From Gemmatimonadota bacterium (GTDB taxonomy: Bacteria > Gemmatimonadota > Gemmatimonadetes > Longimicrobiales > Gaopeijiaceae), in contig JBDHHQ010000043.1 of assembly GCA_039589315.1 (NCBI GenBank), positions 1 through 64,000 of the forward strand: 64,000 bases of DNA, read 5' to 3'. The translations under genes and the position numbers were made by a program. Below the pieces are notes generated by a model. It had not been told where the DNA came from. It was given only the letters and a program-made list of their open reading frames with translations, and ran no database searches. Below are positions 1 through 9,955 of the stretch, one piece after another (position 1 is the first letter of the stretch; every line of letters starts with the position of its first letter).

Positions 1-1
1 C

Positions 2-1105
2 CCTGCCCTGCGGTCGCGTCCGGCTCCCACCGACTCCGTCCCTGCGCGAAGCGACCCTGTCAGCCTGTTCATGTGCGGCGACGTGATGACGGGAAGAGGG
101 ATCGACCAGATTCTGCCGCACCCGGGGCATCCCCGCCTCTTCGAGCCCTACGTGAAGGACGCGAGGGAGTACGTGCGGCTCGCCGAAATGCGACACGGCG
201 CGATTCCCCGGAAGGCGGAGTTCCCCTACATCTGGGGCGACGCCCTCGACGAGCTCAGCAGGGTCCGACCCGACGTGAGGCTCATCAACCTCGAGACGGC
301 CGTCACCAGCAACTTCCCGTGCATCACCGCCGCGAGGATCGACTGTTGCACCCTGGCGAACAACCACGTGCTCGACTGGGGGATCCGGGGACTCGCGGAA
401 ACGCTGGCGACACTGGAACAGGCGGGCATCCCCTGGGCGGGAGCGGGCCGAGGCGTCGCGGAGGCGGAGGCCCCGGTGGCTCTGCACGTTAGGGAAAAGG
501 GGCGCGTCCTGGTCTTCGGAATGGGCGCCAGGAGCAGCGGGATTCCCCGGGACTGGGCCGCCACCGGCACTCGGCCGGGCATCAAGCTTCTCTCCGACCT
601 CTCTCCCACCGCGGTGGAGCACGTCGGCGAGGCGGTCGCCCAACACAAACAGGACCGGGACGTCGTCGTGGCCTCCATCCACTGGGGCGCCAACTGGGGA
701 TACGACGTGTCCGCCGTCGAAGAGGCGTTCGCCCACGGCCTCATCGACCACGCCGGGGTGGACGTCGTGCACGGCCACTCCTCCCACCACGTGAAGGGGC
801 TGGAGATCTACGAGGGCAAGCTGATCCTCTATGGCTGCGGCGACCTCCTCACGGACTACGAGGGGATCGGCGGACACGAGTCGTTCCGGGGCGATGTGGG
901 TGCGATGTACTTCGCCAGCGTCGATCCCCGCTCAGGGAAGCTGGTGGAGCTGCACCTGGTCCCCACGAGGATGAAGGGCTTTCGGGTGACCCGGGCGCCG
1001 GAGCAGGACGCCTCGTGGCTCCGCGACCTGCTCGAGCGGGAGGGGGCACGGTGGGGAGCGCGGGCAGACCTCCGGCCGAACGGGACGGTCGCGATCGGGT
1101 GGTAG
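2..1105 (+). CDS. CapA/PgsA-family (poly-gamma-glutamate synthesis-like) metallophosphoesterase; probably 5'-partial
   Basis: Motifs GDVM, NLE, LANNHVLDWG, SIHWG, GHSSHH, YGCGD. The frame is open back to the window edge (VSLFMCGDVMTGRG), so the true start is probably upstream of 71. Confidence 0.85.
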   Translation, partial: PALRSRPAPTDSVPARSDPVSLFMCGDVMTGRGIDQILPHPGHPRLFEPYVKDAREYVRLAEMRHGAIPRKAEFPYIWGDALDELSRVRPDVRLINLETAVTSNFPCITAARIDCCTLANNHVLDWGIRGLAETLATLEQAGIPWAGAGRGVAEAEAPVALHVREKGRVLVFGMGARSSGIPRDWAATGTRPGIKLLSDLSPTAVEHVGEAVAQHKQDRDVVVASIHWGANWGYDVSAVEEAFAHGLIDHAGVDVVHGHSSHHVKGLEIYEGKLILYGCGDLLTDYEGIGGHESFRGDVGAMYFASVDPRSGKLVELHLVPTRMKGFRVTRAPEQDASWLRDLLEREGARWGARADLRPNGTVAIGW

Positions 1106-1228
1106 GCGTCGCGGCTACGTCCGTGACCCCATCCCGTCAACCGGTGGGCGGGGCCCGGGATCGGCTCAGCGGGGGAGCCGGCGCCCACCGCCCGGGCCGT
1201 GCCCCTCAGCCGTGTCTGAGCGTGCCCT

Positions 1229-1579
1229 TCAACCCTGTGTAACCCACTCGGTCCACTGGTCCTCCGCCAGCCCCACCGTGACACGATTGCCCGAACGGAC
1301 CAGCGGCTGGGACAGGATCGCCGGCTCGTCGCCGAGCAGCTCGAGCCAGCGGGCATCCGAGTAGTGGGCGGCGTGGAGCCCCAGGCTCTGGAATCGCTTG
1401 GCGCCGCGGTCGACCAGCGCGTCCACGCCGAACTTCTGCGCGAAGCGCTGGAGCTCCCGTGGTGAAGCGGCCTTTTGCTTCAGGTCCACGAAGTGGACGC
1501 GGATTCGCCGCTCCTTGAAGAAACGGAGGGCCTTCCGGGTGTCCGCGTTGTTCTTGGTGCCGAATATCTGGACGTCCAT
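1229..1579 (-). CDS. ArsC/Spx/MgsR-family protein
   Basis: 116 aa; VQIFGTK..DTRKALRFFKER, VDLKQK, C-terminal PLVRSGNRVTVG typical of the family. Confidence 0.8.
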   Translation of the reverse strand: MDVQIFGTKNNADTRKALRFFKERRIRVHFVDLKQKAASPRELQRFAQKFGVDALVDRGAKRFQSLGLHAAHYSDARWLELLGDEPAILSQPLVRSGNRVTVGLAEDQWTEWVTQG

Positions 1580-1801
1580 GCAGAGGCTCGGGTCGTGGAA
1601 TCGGGGCGATTTCTGAGATCGACGGCGCTACGGAATCGGAGTGGCTCGGAGTACGGACGCCCACCCGGATCGGTGGCAATCGCCAGTCCGGTCACGGTAC
1701 GCGAGCCAAGCGCTCCGTTGCCGGCCGGTGGGGTGTTTGTCGAGCGAGGCCGACCTTCGTAGCCTATGCCCGAACCCGTGGCTCCGGAAGGGATGGACCC
1801 A

Positions 1802-2680
1802 ATGCGCTGGAAACGCGGCCGCCGCAGCGGCAACATCGACGATCGCCGAGGGCAGCCGGCCTACGGGGGAAGCGCGAACCTCGCGAGCCTGCTCCTTCTG
1901 CTTCTGTCCGTCGGGCGCCGCGGCGGGCTCGGCGCCGTCATCCTCATCGTGGTCGTGCTCTGGGTGCTGAGCGGTGGACTCCAGCAGTTCATGGGCACCG
2001 GCGCCCCCGCCGCGGGCACGGGGTCCAGTGCGGTGCCCACCGACGAGGTGGCGGACTTCGTCTCGGTGATCCTGGCGAGCACCGAGGACGCCTGGGCCGA
2101 GGTCTTCCAGGAGGGTGGCGCCACCTACCGGCCGCCCGAGCTGGTCCTCTTCGCCGGCCAGGTCCGCTCCGCGTGCGGCTTCCAGACCGCCGCGACGGGG
2201 CCGTTCTACTGCCCGTCGGACGTGAAGGTCTACCTGGACCTGGGGTTCTTCGCGGAGCTGGCCCGCCTGGGCGGGGCCGGGGACTTCGCCGCCGCCTACG
2301 TCGTCGGGCACGAGGTGGGGCATCATGTGCAGAACCTGCTGGGCACATCGGATCAGGTCCGCCAGGCCAGCGGCCGCGTAAGCCGAGAAGAGGGCAACGC
2401 CCTGGCGGTGAAGCTGGAGCTTCAGGCGGACTGCTACGCCGGCGTTTGGGCCAACCGGACGGACCGCCGAGGAATCGTGGCGCTGTCGCCCGGCGACGTG
2501 GAGGAGGGCCTGGAGGCGGCCCGAGCCATCGGCGACGACCGCCTCCAGCGGAATGCCGGCCGCAGCGTCACTCCCGAGTCCTTCACCCATGGGACCTCCG
2601 AGCAACGGTCCGCCTGGCTCCTCACGGGGTTGACCCGGGGCGAACTGCGGAGCTGCGACACGTTTGCGGGTGAGCCCTGA
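1802..2680 (+). CDS. Neutral zinc metallopeptidase (YpfJ-like)
   Basis: MRWKRGRRSGNIDDRRG N-terminus, TM segment, SACG, GPFYCP, HEVGHH (HExxH), ELQADC, FTHGTSEQR. ATG 1802 preferred over 1766. Confidence 0.9.
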   Translation: MRWKRGRRSGNIDDRRGQPAYGGSANLASLLLLLLSVGRRGGLGAVILIVVVLWVLSGGLQQFMGTGAPAAGTGSSAVPTDEVADFVSVILASTEDAWAEVFQEGGATYRPPELVLFAGQVRSACGFQTAATGPFYCPSDVKVYLDLGFFAELARLGGAGDFAAAYVVGHEVGHHVQNLLGTSDQVRQASGRVSREEGNALAVKLELQADCYAGVWANRTDRRGIVALSPGDVEEGLEAARAIGDDRLQRNAGRSVTPESFTHGTSEQRSAWLLTGLTRGELRSCDTFAGEP

Positions 2681-2698
2681 CGCGCAGCCCCGAGCCCG

Positions 2699-4087
2699 CT
2701 ACGCCCCGAGCGTGCTGATCAGGTCCGCCCGGGTCAGGATGGAGAGATCGCCATCGTCGAGCTGTACCAGCACGGCCGGGCAGTCCCCCCCCAGTCTACC
2801 GGCGAAGTCCCGTACGTCGGAGGCGGCATCGACGATGGGAAACGGCGGCCCCATGACGTCCCGCACCAGATGCGCGCGAGCGTCGGGATCGTCCATGAGG
2901 CACCGCAGAATGCCCTGCTCCACCAGGCTGCCTGCCACATCGCCGTTCTCCATGACCGGGACCTGGGAGATTCCGTGTCTGGAGAGGACCCCGATGGCGT
3001 CGTCCAACGTCATGTCGGCCGGCACCGAGATGAGTCGCTGATCCGGATCCCGCTGAGGTCGGGCCGCGACCAGGCGGTCGGCGGTGAGCGTGTCAGCCTC
3101 GTCCAGGAAGCTGTGCTCCCGCATCCATACGTCGTTGTAGATCTTCCCGAGGTAGCGGAAGCCGCCGTCCGGTAGCAGTACCACCACCACGTCGTCCGGC
3201 GTCAGCTCCGCCCGGTGGTCCTCGAGCCACTGAATGGCCCCGGCCATGGCCATCCCGCACGAGCCGCCCACGAACATGCCCTCCTCGGCGCAAAGGCGGC
3301 GGGTCACCAGCATGGACTCCTTGTCCGTGACCCGGACGTAATCGTCAACGAGGCTGAAGTCCATGTTCCCGGCCAGGATGTCCTCGCCCACGCCCTCGGT
3401 GATGTAGGGGTAGATCTCCTTCTCGTCGAACTCGCCAGTGTGAAAGTACTTCCAGTAGACCGAGCCGTACGGGTCCACGCCGATGACCTTCACGGCGGGG
3501 TTCTGGCTCTTCAGGTACTTGCTGACCCCCGAGATCGTCCCGCCGGTGCCCGCTCCCGCCACGAAGTGTGTCACCCGACCCTCGGTGTCCTCCCAGATCT
3601 CCGGCCCGGTGGTGTGGAAGTGGGCGGGGGTGTTGGCCGGGTTGTCGTACTGGTTGACGTAGACCGAATTGGGGATGTCCTCGGCCAGTCGACGGGCCAC
3701 CGAGTAGTACGAGCGGGGATCGTCCGGAGCCACCGCCGTGGGGCACACGATGACCTGGGCACCGAGTGCCCGCAGCACCGCGATCTTCTCGGGGCTCTGC
3801 TTGTCGGTGGTGGTGAAGACGCACTTGTAGCCCCGGGCGATGGCGGCCAGCGCCAGGCCCGCCCCGGTGTTGCCGCTCGTGCCCTCGATGATCGTGCCGC
3901 CCGGCTGGAGCTCCCCGCTCTCCTCCGCCGCCTCGATCATGGAAACGCCGATCCGGTCCTTCACCGAGCTACCCGGGTTGAAGAACTCCAGCTTGGCCAG
4001 AACCGTGCACGGAAGGGCCGCCGTCAGCCGGTTCACCTTCACCAGCGGCGTGTTGCCGATGGTGCCGAGAATGTCCTCGTGCCACAT
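2699..4087 (-). CDS. Cystathionine beta-synthase (PLP-dependent, C-terminal CBS domains)
   Basis: IGNTPL, NPGSSVKDR (PLP Lys), TSGNTG, GTGGT, YITEGVGED, plus a C-terminal CBS pair (HGISQVPV). Confidence 0.9.
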   Translation of the reverse strand: MWHEDILGTIGNTPLVKVNRLTAALPCTVLAKLEFFNPGSSVKDRIGVSMIEAAEESGELQPGGTIIEGTSGNTGAGLALAAIARGYKCVFTTTDKQSPEKIAVLRALGAQVIVCPTAVAPDDPRSYYSVARRLAEDIPNSVYVNQYDNPANTPAHFHTTGPEIWEDTEGRVTHFVAGAGTGGTISGVSKYLKSQNPAVKVIGVDPYGSVYWKYFHTGEFDEKEIYPYITEGVGEDILAGNMDFSLVDDYVRVTDKESMLVTRRLCAEEGMFVGGSCGMAMAGAIQWLEDHRAELTPDDVVVVLLPDGGFRYLGKIYNDVWMREHSFLDEADTLTADRLVAARPQRDPDQRLISVPADMTLDDAIGVLSRHGISQVPVMENGDVAGSLVEQGILRCLMDDPDARAHLVRDVMGPPFPIVDAASDVRDFAGRLGGDCPAVLVQLDDGDLSILTRADLISTLGA

Positions 4088-4309
4088 GGATCGGGCGCTC
4101 CTCTTTCTCCGCCGTGGGGCGGCGGTCAGGTCACGTCAGCGCTTCGGCGTCCCGACGGGTCAGGAAGTGCCGAGGCCCCGAGACGATAACCAATTCAGCC
4201 CGGGGCCGCGCCTCGGGTTCGGCGGGGCTGGCCCGGCTCGGGAAGGTACCCCCTCCACGACCTCGGGCCTGGCCGCCGCGACGGTCTCCGGCTGGAGGGG
4301 TCCTCGAGA

Positions 4310-5876
4310 TCAGTCCCTCCGCTGGAACTCTGCCTGCATGAGCACCCACGTGTCGGGGTCCAGCACCACTGACACGGGTTCTCGATCCACGGGGATCATG
4401 AAACGGTTGGACACCTCATCCACGCGCAGCACCTCCACCCGAGGTGCGGCCTCTCCCACGAAGTAGATCCCCAGCTGGACTGGCATCTCGAAGGTGTAGC
4501 CGTGGTCCTGGACCTGATCGAGCTCCACTTCGAGGGTCCCCGACTCGGCTTCGTAGCGCCATCCACCCCGGTACTCCAGTGCCCCACCCTGGTAGAGCCA
4601 CTGGTGGAAGAACCGGGAGAGATCGATCCCCGACGCTTCCTCCATCGTGCGTCGGAAGTCGTCCGAGGAGGCGTTCTTGTCCCGGTACGTCCGGTAGTAC
4701 TCCTGGATTCCCCGCCAGAACGCATCGTCGCCGACCACACCCCGGAGCATGTGCAGGGTCCAGCCGCCCTTCTGGTACGTCTGAGAGCTGGTGACGCGAC
4801 TCATGTCGTCCAGGTTGTCGTGCACGATCCGGTAGTGGGGGTTCTCTTCGTAGAAGGACCGCACCCGGCCCCGGCTCTCCTGGAGACCGGCGAGGAAGTC
4901 GTCGCGGCCGTACTGATGCTCGCGGAACAGGAGCGTGAAGTACGTGGCGAAGCCTTCGCTCAGCCATACGTCGTCCCAATCGCTCTCGGTGACGGCGTTG
5001 CCGAACCACTGATGGGCGATCTCGTGAATGATGACGTTGCGCCAGCGAGTGGTCCGCTCGCCCGTGACGCAGCTTCTCGTACGAGTAGGGACCCACCCAA
5101 TCGCCGTAGAACTCCATCACTTGCTTGGTGGGCACGGCGAAGTCGTAGAATCCGGCGTCACGGTCCTGGTAGTAGACCCAGGTCTGGATAGCCCTACCCT
5201 GGTAGTCTCCCACATGCTGAACCGCGAAACGGGCGACGCCCAGGTTGTAGAGCCAGGTGGCGATGGGCACCGACTGCTTCCAGTGGGTCAGCCGCATATC
5301 GCCCGGCAGGTCGGTCTCCTCGACCATGAGACCGTTGGATACCACCTGATAGTGGTTGGGGGCCGTAACGATCAGCTCGCTCGTGGCTTTGTCGTACGGA
5401 TGATCGATGGTGGGAAGCCAATGTCTGGCCTTGTTGGGCCAGTTGTCGCTGAAGAAGGTCCGGTCGCCATGCTTGTTGGGCCCGATGATGAGGCCGGTGT
5501 TCGGGATGCCCCGGTAGCGGACCCTGTATTGGCTGCGCTGGCTCGCGCGGGAAGGCGCCGGCAGCGTAAAGAGCAGCTCTCCGGCCCGATGCGTGAACGT
5601 CACGGGGCCGTCGCTGGACGTGACCTCGCTCACCAGCATGCCCCGGCCGTCGGCCCCCTGGTCGATCAGATCCAGGCGAACCCGGGTGACTCCGTCGGCC
5701 AGAAACCGGATGTCGACCCTGGCCTCTCCTACGATCTCGTCGGTCTCGTCGCTCAACGTCAGCTGGAACGTGTAGTGGAGCGCGTCGACGGCGAAGTTCT
5801 TGGGATAGGCATCCGGGGTGCGGGATTCCACCCCGGGACCGGCCAAGAGGATCAGGCCCATCAGCAGATGCTTCAT
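4310..5876 (-). pseudogene. M1-family aminopeptidase, signal peptide; disrupted near 5069 by an apparent deletion/frameshift
   Basis: First frame runs from 5876 to ...YSYEKL. Second frame resumes VTGERTTRWRNVIIHEIAHQWFGNAVTESDWDDVWLSEGFATY (HExxH...E) and continues into the 4310..4864 ORF (YQKGGW). Could be an assembly error rather than a true pseudogene. Confidence 0.85.
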
Positions 5877-6033
5877 CGGTCGGTAGTCTCGTCGTGGGCT
5901 TGGAACCGAGCTCGCCCCTACGAGCTCGAGGGCTCACACCCCGGAATCGCCGGAGTGCACATGCAGACGCCGAGTCGAAGGAGAAGGGCCGACGGAGCCG
6001 AGCGACTCGAGGAGGCGCTCGGACCTCGTACCC

Positions 6034-7650
6034 CTAGCTCTGCGGCTCCGACGCCGTCGCCCTCGCCCGCTTCTGCTCTTCCACCATCCGGGCCACGTCC
6101 TCCAGGAGCTGCTTGGCGTCGTAGACGATGCCGTCCTTGATGGTGTACTCGATGCCTCCCACCCGCTCGGCCACGCCGGTGTCGTCATTCAGCCGCACGT
6201 GCCCGGTGCCGTAGAGCACCTTCAGGTTGTGGAGCGGGTTCTCGCCCACGATGACCATGTCGGCCAGGAAGCCCTCGCGGATGGTGCCGAAGTCGGCCAT
6301 CTGGCCCAACGGCTTGGTCAGGGTCTCCGCCCCGTGCAGCGTGGCCGAGCGGATGACCTCGAGCGGTGTGAAGCCGGCCTCCTGGATCAGCTCCATCTCC
6401 TCGATCGTGCTGAAGCCGTACAGGTTGTAGATGAAGCCCGCGTCCGAGCTCACGGTGACCCGGCCACCCATGTCCTTGTAGTCGTCGATCATGGCCATCC
6501 ACACCCGGTAGAAGTTCTTCCAGGCGATCTCGTCGGCCGAGGTCCAGTCGTAATAGTACGACCCGTGGTTCAGGCGGGAGGGCTCGTAGTAGTCCCACTG
6601 GCTGGGCAGCGTGTAGCGCTCGTGCCAGTCCGCCGTCCGGGCCCGCATGACGTCGCGGCTGGCCAGGTACGCCGTCATGGTGGGATCCATGGTCACGTCG
6701 AGCGCCAGGAGCTCCTCGAGCATGGCGTTCCACTCGTCCGAGCCCTGCGGATGGATCCGGTTCCACTGGCGGGCGACCTGGCCGAAGCGCCACTGCTCGT
6801 CGTTGTAGTTCATGTCCGCTGGCCATTCCTGGACGTCGCCGTCCTTGTAGATGGCCTCGAACAGCCCGTAGTAGTGGGTGATCGTGCCCAGGCCCAGGCG
6901 GGCGGCGTCGAGGGCGTTCATGCGGGCGACGCCGGTCTGACCGAGGTGGGCCACGGTGCCCATGCCGTGGAGCTTGGCTTCGTCGATGACGGCCTCCATG
7001 ATGTCCGGCGGGTAGGCCACGAGCTTGATGCCGTCGATGCCCTGCTCCGACGCCCAACGGACCCAAGCGCGCGCCTGGTCAGCCGTCCGCACGGGCCCCT
7101 GCTCCCAACCCTGCCCGGGCCGTTGGTACACCCACATGCGGGGCGCCGTGATCTCGTTGCCGGCGCTCCGGGCTTTCTCGCTCAGCGAGAAGGCCAACGG
7201 ACCGAACTCCACGCCGCGCCCGGTCGTGATCCCGTGGGCCATCCACAGCTTGTACGTGTACTCGGCCTCCGGCGCCTTGGGGTCGCCACCGGTGTGGAGG
7301 TGCAGGTCCACGAAGCCCGGCATGACGTATTTGCCCGTGGCGTCGATCTCCCGCGTAGCGCCCTCGGGACGGTCTCCGGGGTCGATGTCGATCATGGGGA
7401 CGCCGACGTTCGCGATCCGCTGGATGCGGTTGCCCTCCACCACGATGTCCACCGGGCCTATGGGTGGCGAGCCGGTGCCGTCGATGAGCGTGGCACCCCG
7501 AATGATCAGTCGCTCGAACGGGCCCTCTCCCTCGCCGGCCGGCCGGTCGGGCGCGGGCTGGACCTGCGCGAGCAGCGGTCCCCCCAGCAAGGCGGTCAGG
7601 AGCGTGGCGCCCAGCGCGGTCCTCGCCAGATACCGGAACGGGGTCTTCAT
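6034..7650 (-). CDS. Secreted amidohydrolase-superfamily protein
   Basis: Signal peptide, ATLIDGTG, MPGFVDLHLH, SSDAG, ADMVIV. ATG 7650 follows GAGGAGG. Confidence 0.85.
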   Translation of the reverse strand: MKTPFRYLARTALGATLLTALLGGPLLAQVQPAPDRPAGEGEGPFERLIIRGATLIDGTGSPPIGPVDIVVEGNRIQRIANVGVPMIDIDPGDRPEGATREIDATGKYVMPGFVDLHLHTGGDPKAPEAEYTYKLWMAHGITTGRGVEFGPLAFSLSEKARSAGNEITAPRMWVYQRPGQGWEQGPVRTADQARAWVRWASEQGIDGIKLVAYPPDIMEAVIDEAKLHGMGTVAHLGQTGVARMNALDAARLGLGTITHYYGLFEAIYKDGDVQEWPADMNYNDEQWRFGQVARQWNRIHPQGSDEWNAMLEELLALDVTMDPTMTAYLASRDVMRARTADWHERYTLPSQWDYYEPSRLNHGSYYYDWTSADEIAWKNFYRVWMAMIDDYKDMGGRVTVSSDAGFIYNLYGFSTIEEMELIQEAGFTPLEVIRSATLHGAETLTKPLGQMADFGTIREGFLADMVIVGENPLHNLKVLYGTGHVRLNDDTGVAERVGGIEYTIKDGIVYDAKQLLEDVARMVEEQKRARATASEPQS

Positions 7651-7661
7651 CGGTGGCCTCC

Positions 7662-8588
7662 TCAAGCCCTGAGCAAGTTGCGGATCACGAATCCGACGTT
7701 GGCCGGCCGTTCGGCCAAGCGCCGCATGTACCACGGATACCAGGCCTCACCGTAGCTGACGAGCACCCGGACCCGGCGCCCCTCCCGGGCCCACCGGAGC
7801 TGACTGGACCCGCCGATGCCGTAGAGCATCTGGATCTCGTACGGCGCAGGGGAGTCGCCGTCCGCCGACGCCCGCTGGATGCGGTCGATCAGCGGCTCGT
7901 CATGCGTGCCCATCCCCGGCACCGCACCGCCGTCCCTGGAGTGTTCCAGTAGTCTCTCAGCCAAGTCGTAGAAGGCCCGATCCACGTCCGCCTTGTCCGG
8001 ATAGGCCAGGTCTGCAGGCTCCGCGTATGCGCCCTTCACGAGGCGGATCGCCGAGTCCATCTCCAACAGATCTTCGAGATCGTCGGGCGTTCGATAGAGG
8101 TACGACTGCAGGCAGAGGCCCACGTTCTCGTGCCGTGCCCGGAGCGACCGAAACAGCTCGAGGGTCGTCTCCACGTACTCCGAAGCCTCCATGTCGACCC
8201 AGAGCTGGCTCCCGGTCTCGGTGGCCCGCGCTGCGAGCGTCTCCAGACACTCGCCGGTGTAGTCCGGGTCCAGGTCCAACCCCAGCTGCGTGGGCTTGAC
8301 CGAGACCCAACAGTCGAGGCCCCTGGCCGCGATCTCGTCGTAGACCCGCAGATAGTGGTCGCGAACCTCGGTGGCCTCGGAGATCGCCGTCAGGTTCTCG
8401 CCGAGGCGGGTGACGATCGTGGGGATCCCCTTCTCGTTCAGCGCCACCGCGGCGTCGAGCGCGTCTTCGAGCCGCTCGCCAGGCATGAACCTCCGCACCG
8501 CCCGCTTGACGAAGCCCAGGCGCGGGAGACGCTGGCTGAGCACTTCGTTGGTGGATGCCCAGAGGAGTACGCTACGGGCAAGGGACAT
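7662..8588 (-). CDS. Monofunctional proline dehydrogenase
   Basis: RRFMPGE, LGEN, SVKPTQLG, VDME, LQSYL, RLVKGAY, GTHD, QMLYG, YMRRLAERPAN. ATG 8588 follows GGAGG. Confidence 0.92.
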   Translation of the reverse strand: MSLARSVLLWASTNEVLSQRLPRLGFVKRAVRRFMPGERLEDALDAAVALNEKGIPTIVTRLGENLTAISEATEVRDHYLRVYDEIAARGLDCWVSVKPTQLGLDLDPDYTGECLETLAARATETGSQLWVDMEASEYVETTLELFRSLRARHENVGLCLQSYLYRTPDDLEDLLEMDSAIRLVKGAYAEPADLAYPDKADVDRAFYDLAERLLEHSRDGGAVPGMGTHDEPLIDRIQRASADGDSPAPYEIQMLYGIGGSSQLRWAREGRRVRVLVSYGEAWYPWYMRRLAERPANVGFVIRNLLRA

Positions 8589-8836
8589 GGATGGGGGCGC
8601 CTCCTGCTTGCTGATCGTGCCGGTTTTGAAGGGGGCACAATAGTGCGGCAGGCCATTCCAGGCCACGGCGCTCGGGACGGTCGGCCGGAGGCGCGCGTCC
8701 TGTGGATCCGGCCCCCGACTCCGCGTTCCCCGGAGCACCGGACAGCCGGACGCGCAGCGAGGTCTGGTCCCCTCGGCGCTCACGGCGCGCTGGCGTCAGA
8801 GACCGCCTTCGACGGTGTCGGGAAGGAGGGAGCCGC

Positions 8837-9364
8837 CTACTCGACTTCCGACAGGGTCCTCTCCACCAGCGCCCTCACCTCTGGCGCCAGCGGACTGAAT
8901 CGTCCGGTCCAGCGGGCACGGATCACACCCTCGCCGTCGATGAGGAAGCTCTCCGGGACTCCGATGGTCTGGTAGTCCCGCGTGATGGTCTGCTCAGCAT
9001 CGTGGAGGATCGTGAACGAGGTCCCCATCTCCTCGGTGAACTCCACGATCTGATCGCCCGCCGCCCGGTTGTCGATGCTCACCGCGGCCACCTGGAGGCC
9101 CTGGTCCTTGTAGAGCTGGTAGAGCTCCTCGATCTCGGGCATCTCCTTGCGGCACGGCGCGCACCACGTCGCCCAGATGTTCACGAGCACGGGCTTCCCG
9201 GCGAAGTCCGCCAGGCTCAGGCTGTCGCCGTCCAGGCCGGCAGCCGTGAAGGCGGGCGCCGCGTCGCCCACCTCGATGGGCTTGAAAGCGTCAGCGCCAA
9301 CACACGCGGTGGCCACGATCAGCGCGAGCACGGTTGTCGCGCCCCGGAACGTCCCTCCGTTCAT
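8837..9364 (-). CDS. TlpA/ResA-family thiol-disulfide oxidoreductase (probable lipoprotein)
   Basis: NIWATWCAPCRKEMP, GVPESFLID, lipobox-like IVATAC; ATG 9364. Confidence 0.9.
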   Translation of the reverse strand: MNGGTFRGATTVLALIVATACVGADAFKPIEVGDAAPAFTAAGLDGDSLSLADFAGKPVLVNIWATWCAPCRKEMPEIEELYQLYKDQGLQVAAVSIDNRAAGDQIVEFTEEMGTSFTILHDAEQTITRDYQTIGVPESFLIDGEGVIRARWTGRFSPLAPEVRALVERTLSEVE

Positions 9365-9565
9365 CGCCGAGACTCCCTTCCCTTGGACGGCGAGACCTAC
9401 TGACCCACCATCCTGCCGCCGGAGATAGACAGGGTCAATGCCGGAACGGTTAACCCGGCGAGCGCCTCTTCGGTTCCACGCCGGGCATTCGGTGGCTTGG
9501 GAGGTCACTCCCATTCCAGCCTCTGGCGCCCACATGGCCTTGCTCCATATCTTGCCTACAGGGAA

Positions 9566-9582
9566 CCGAACAAAACCCGAAA
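9566..9582 (+). promoter_or_regulatory. Candidate repressor site: CCGAA direct repeat with 11-bp period (GAAC-N7-GAAA)
   Basis: CCGAACAAAACCCGAAA lies just before ATG 9588 and downstream of a -10-like TATCTT (9548-9553). Confidence 0.4.
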
Positions 9583-9587
9583 TCGCC

Positions 9588-9953
9588 ATGAAGCCGACGC
9601 CTCTCCGCCCGTCTCGCCGCTCCGTTGCCGTGGGTCCCATCCGCTGGGTCTGGTCCACCAACGTCGTATGCGCAGGACCCAGCGACCGCCTGATCGTCAC
9701 CCGGGGACTCGGCGCCAACGAGTCGGATGCCGAGGCGGCGATTCTCGAGGCCCGTCGCATGGAGTGGCGCGACGCGGGCTTCCGCCGGTGGCGCCTGGAC
9801 CTGGACCCTGGCGGGGTTCGCTTCACCAGCCACTACGAGAAGCTGGGCCCGATCTCGCTCGATCGGGAAACGCCCCTGGCACGCCTGACCGACTCGGAGC
9901 TGGAGGAGCTGCTGGCGCGAGCCCGGGCGGAGTCGCTGGACCGAGAGCACTGA
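9588..9953 (+). CDS. Hypothetical protein (121 aa)
   Basis: GC-biased codons, protein-like C-terminus (LTDSELEELLARAR), stop 2 nt before the radical SAM GTG. No family recognised; start uncertain. Confidence 0.55.
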   Translation: MKPTPLRPSRRSVAVGPIRWVWSTNVVCAGPSDRLIVTRGLGANESDAEAAILEARRMEWRDAGFRRWRLDLDPGGVRFTSHYEKLGPISLDRETPLARLTDSELEELLARARAESLDREH

Positions 9954-9955
9954 TC

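Noticed and set aside
4088..4309. SAM-type riboswitch upstream of cystathionine beta-synthase
   Set aside because: GC-rich stems are present, but I could not identify conserved SAM riboswitch core sequences.
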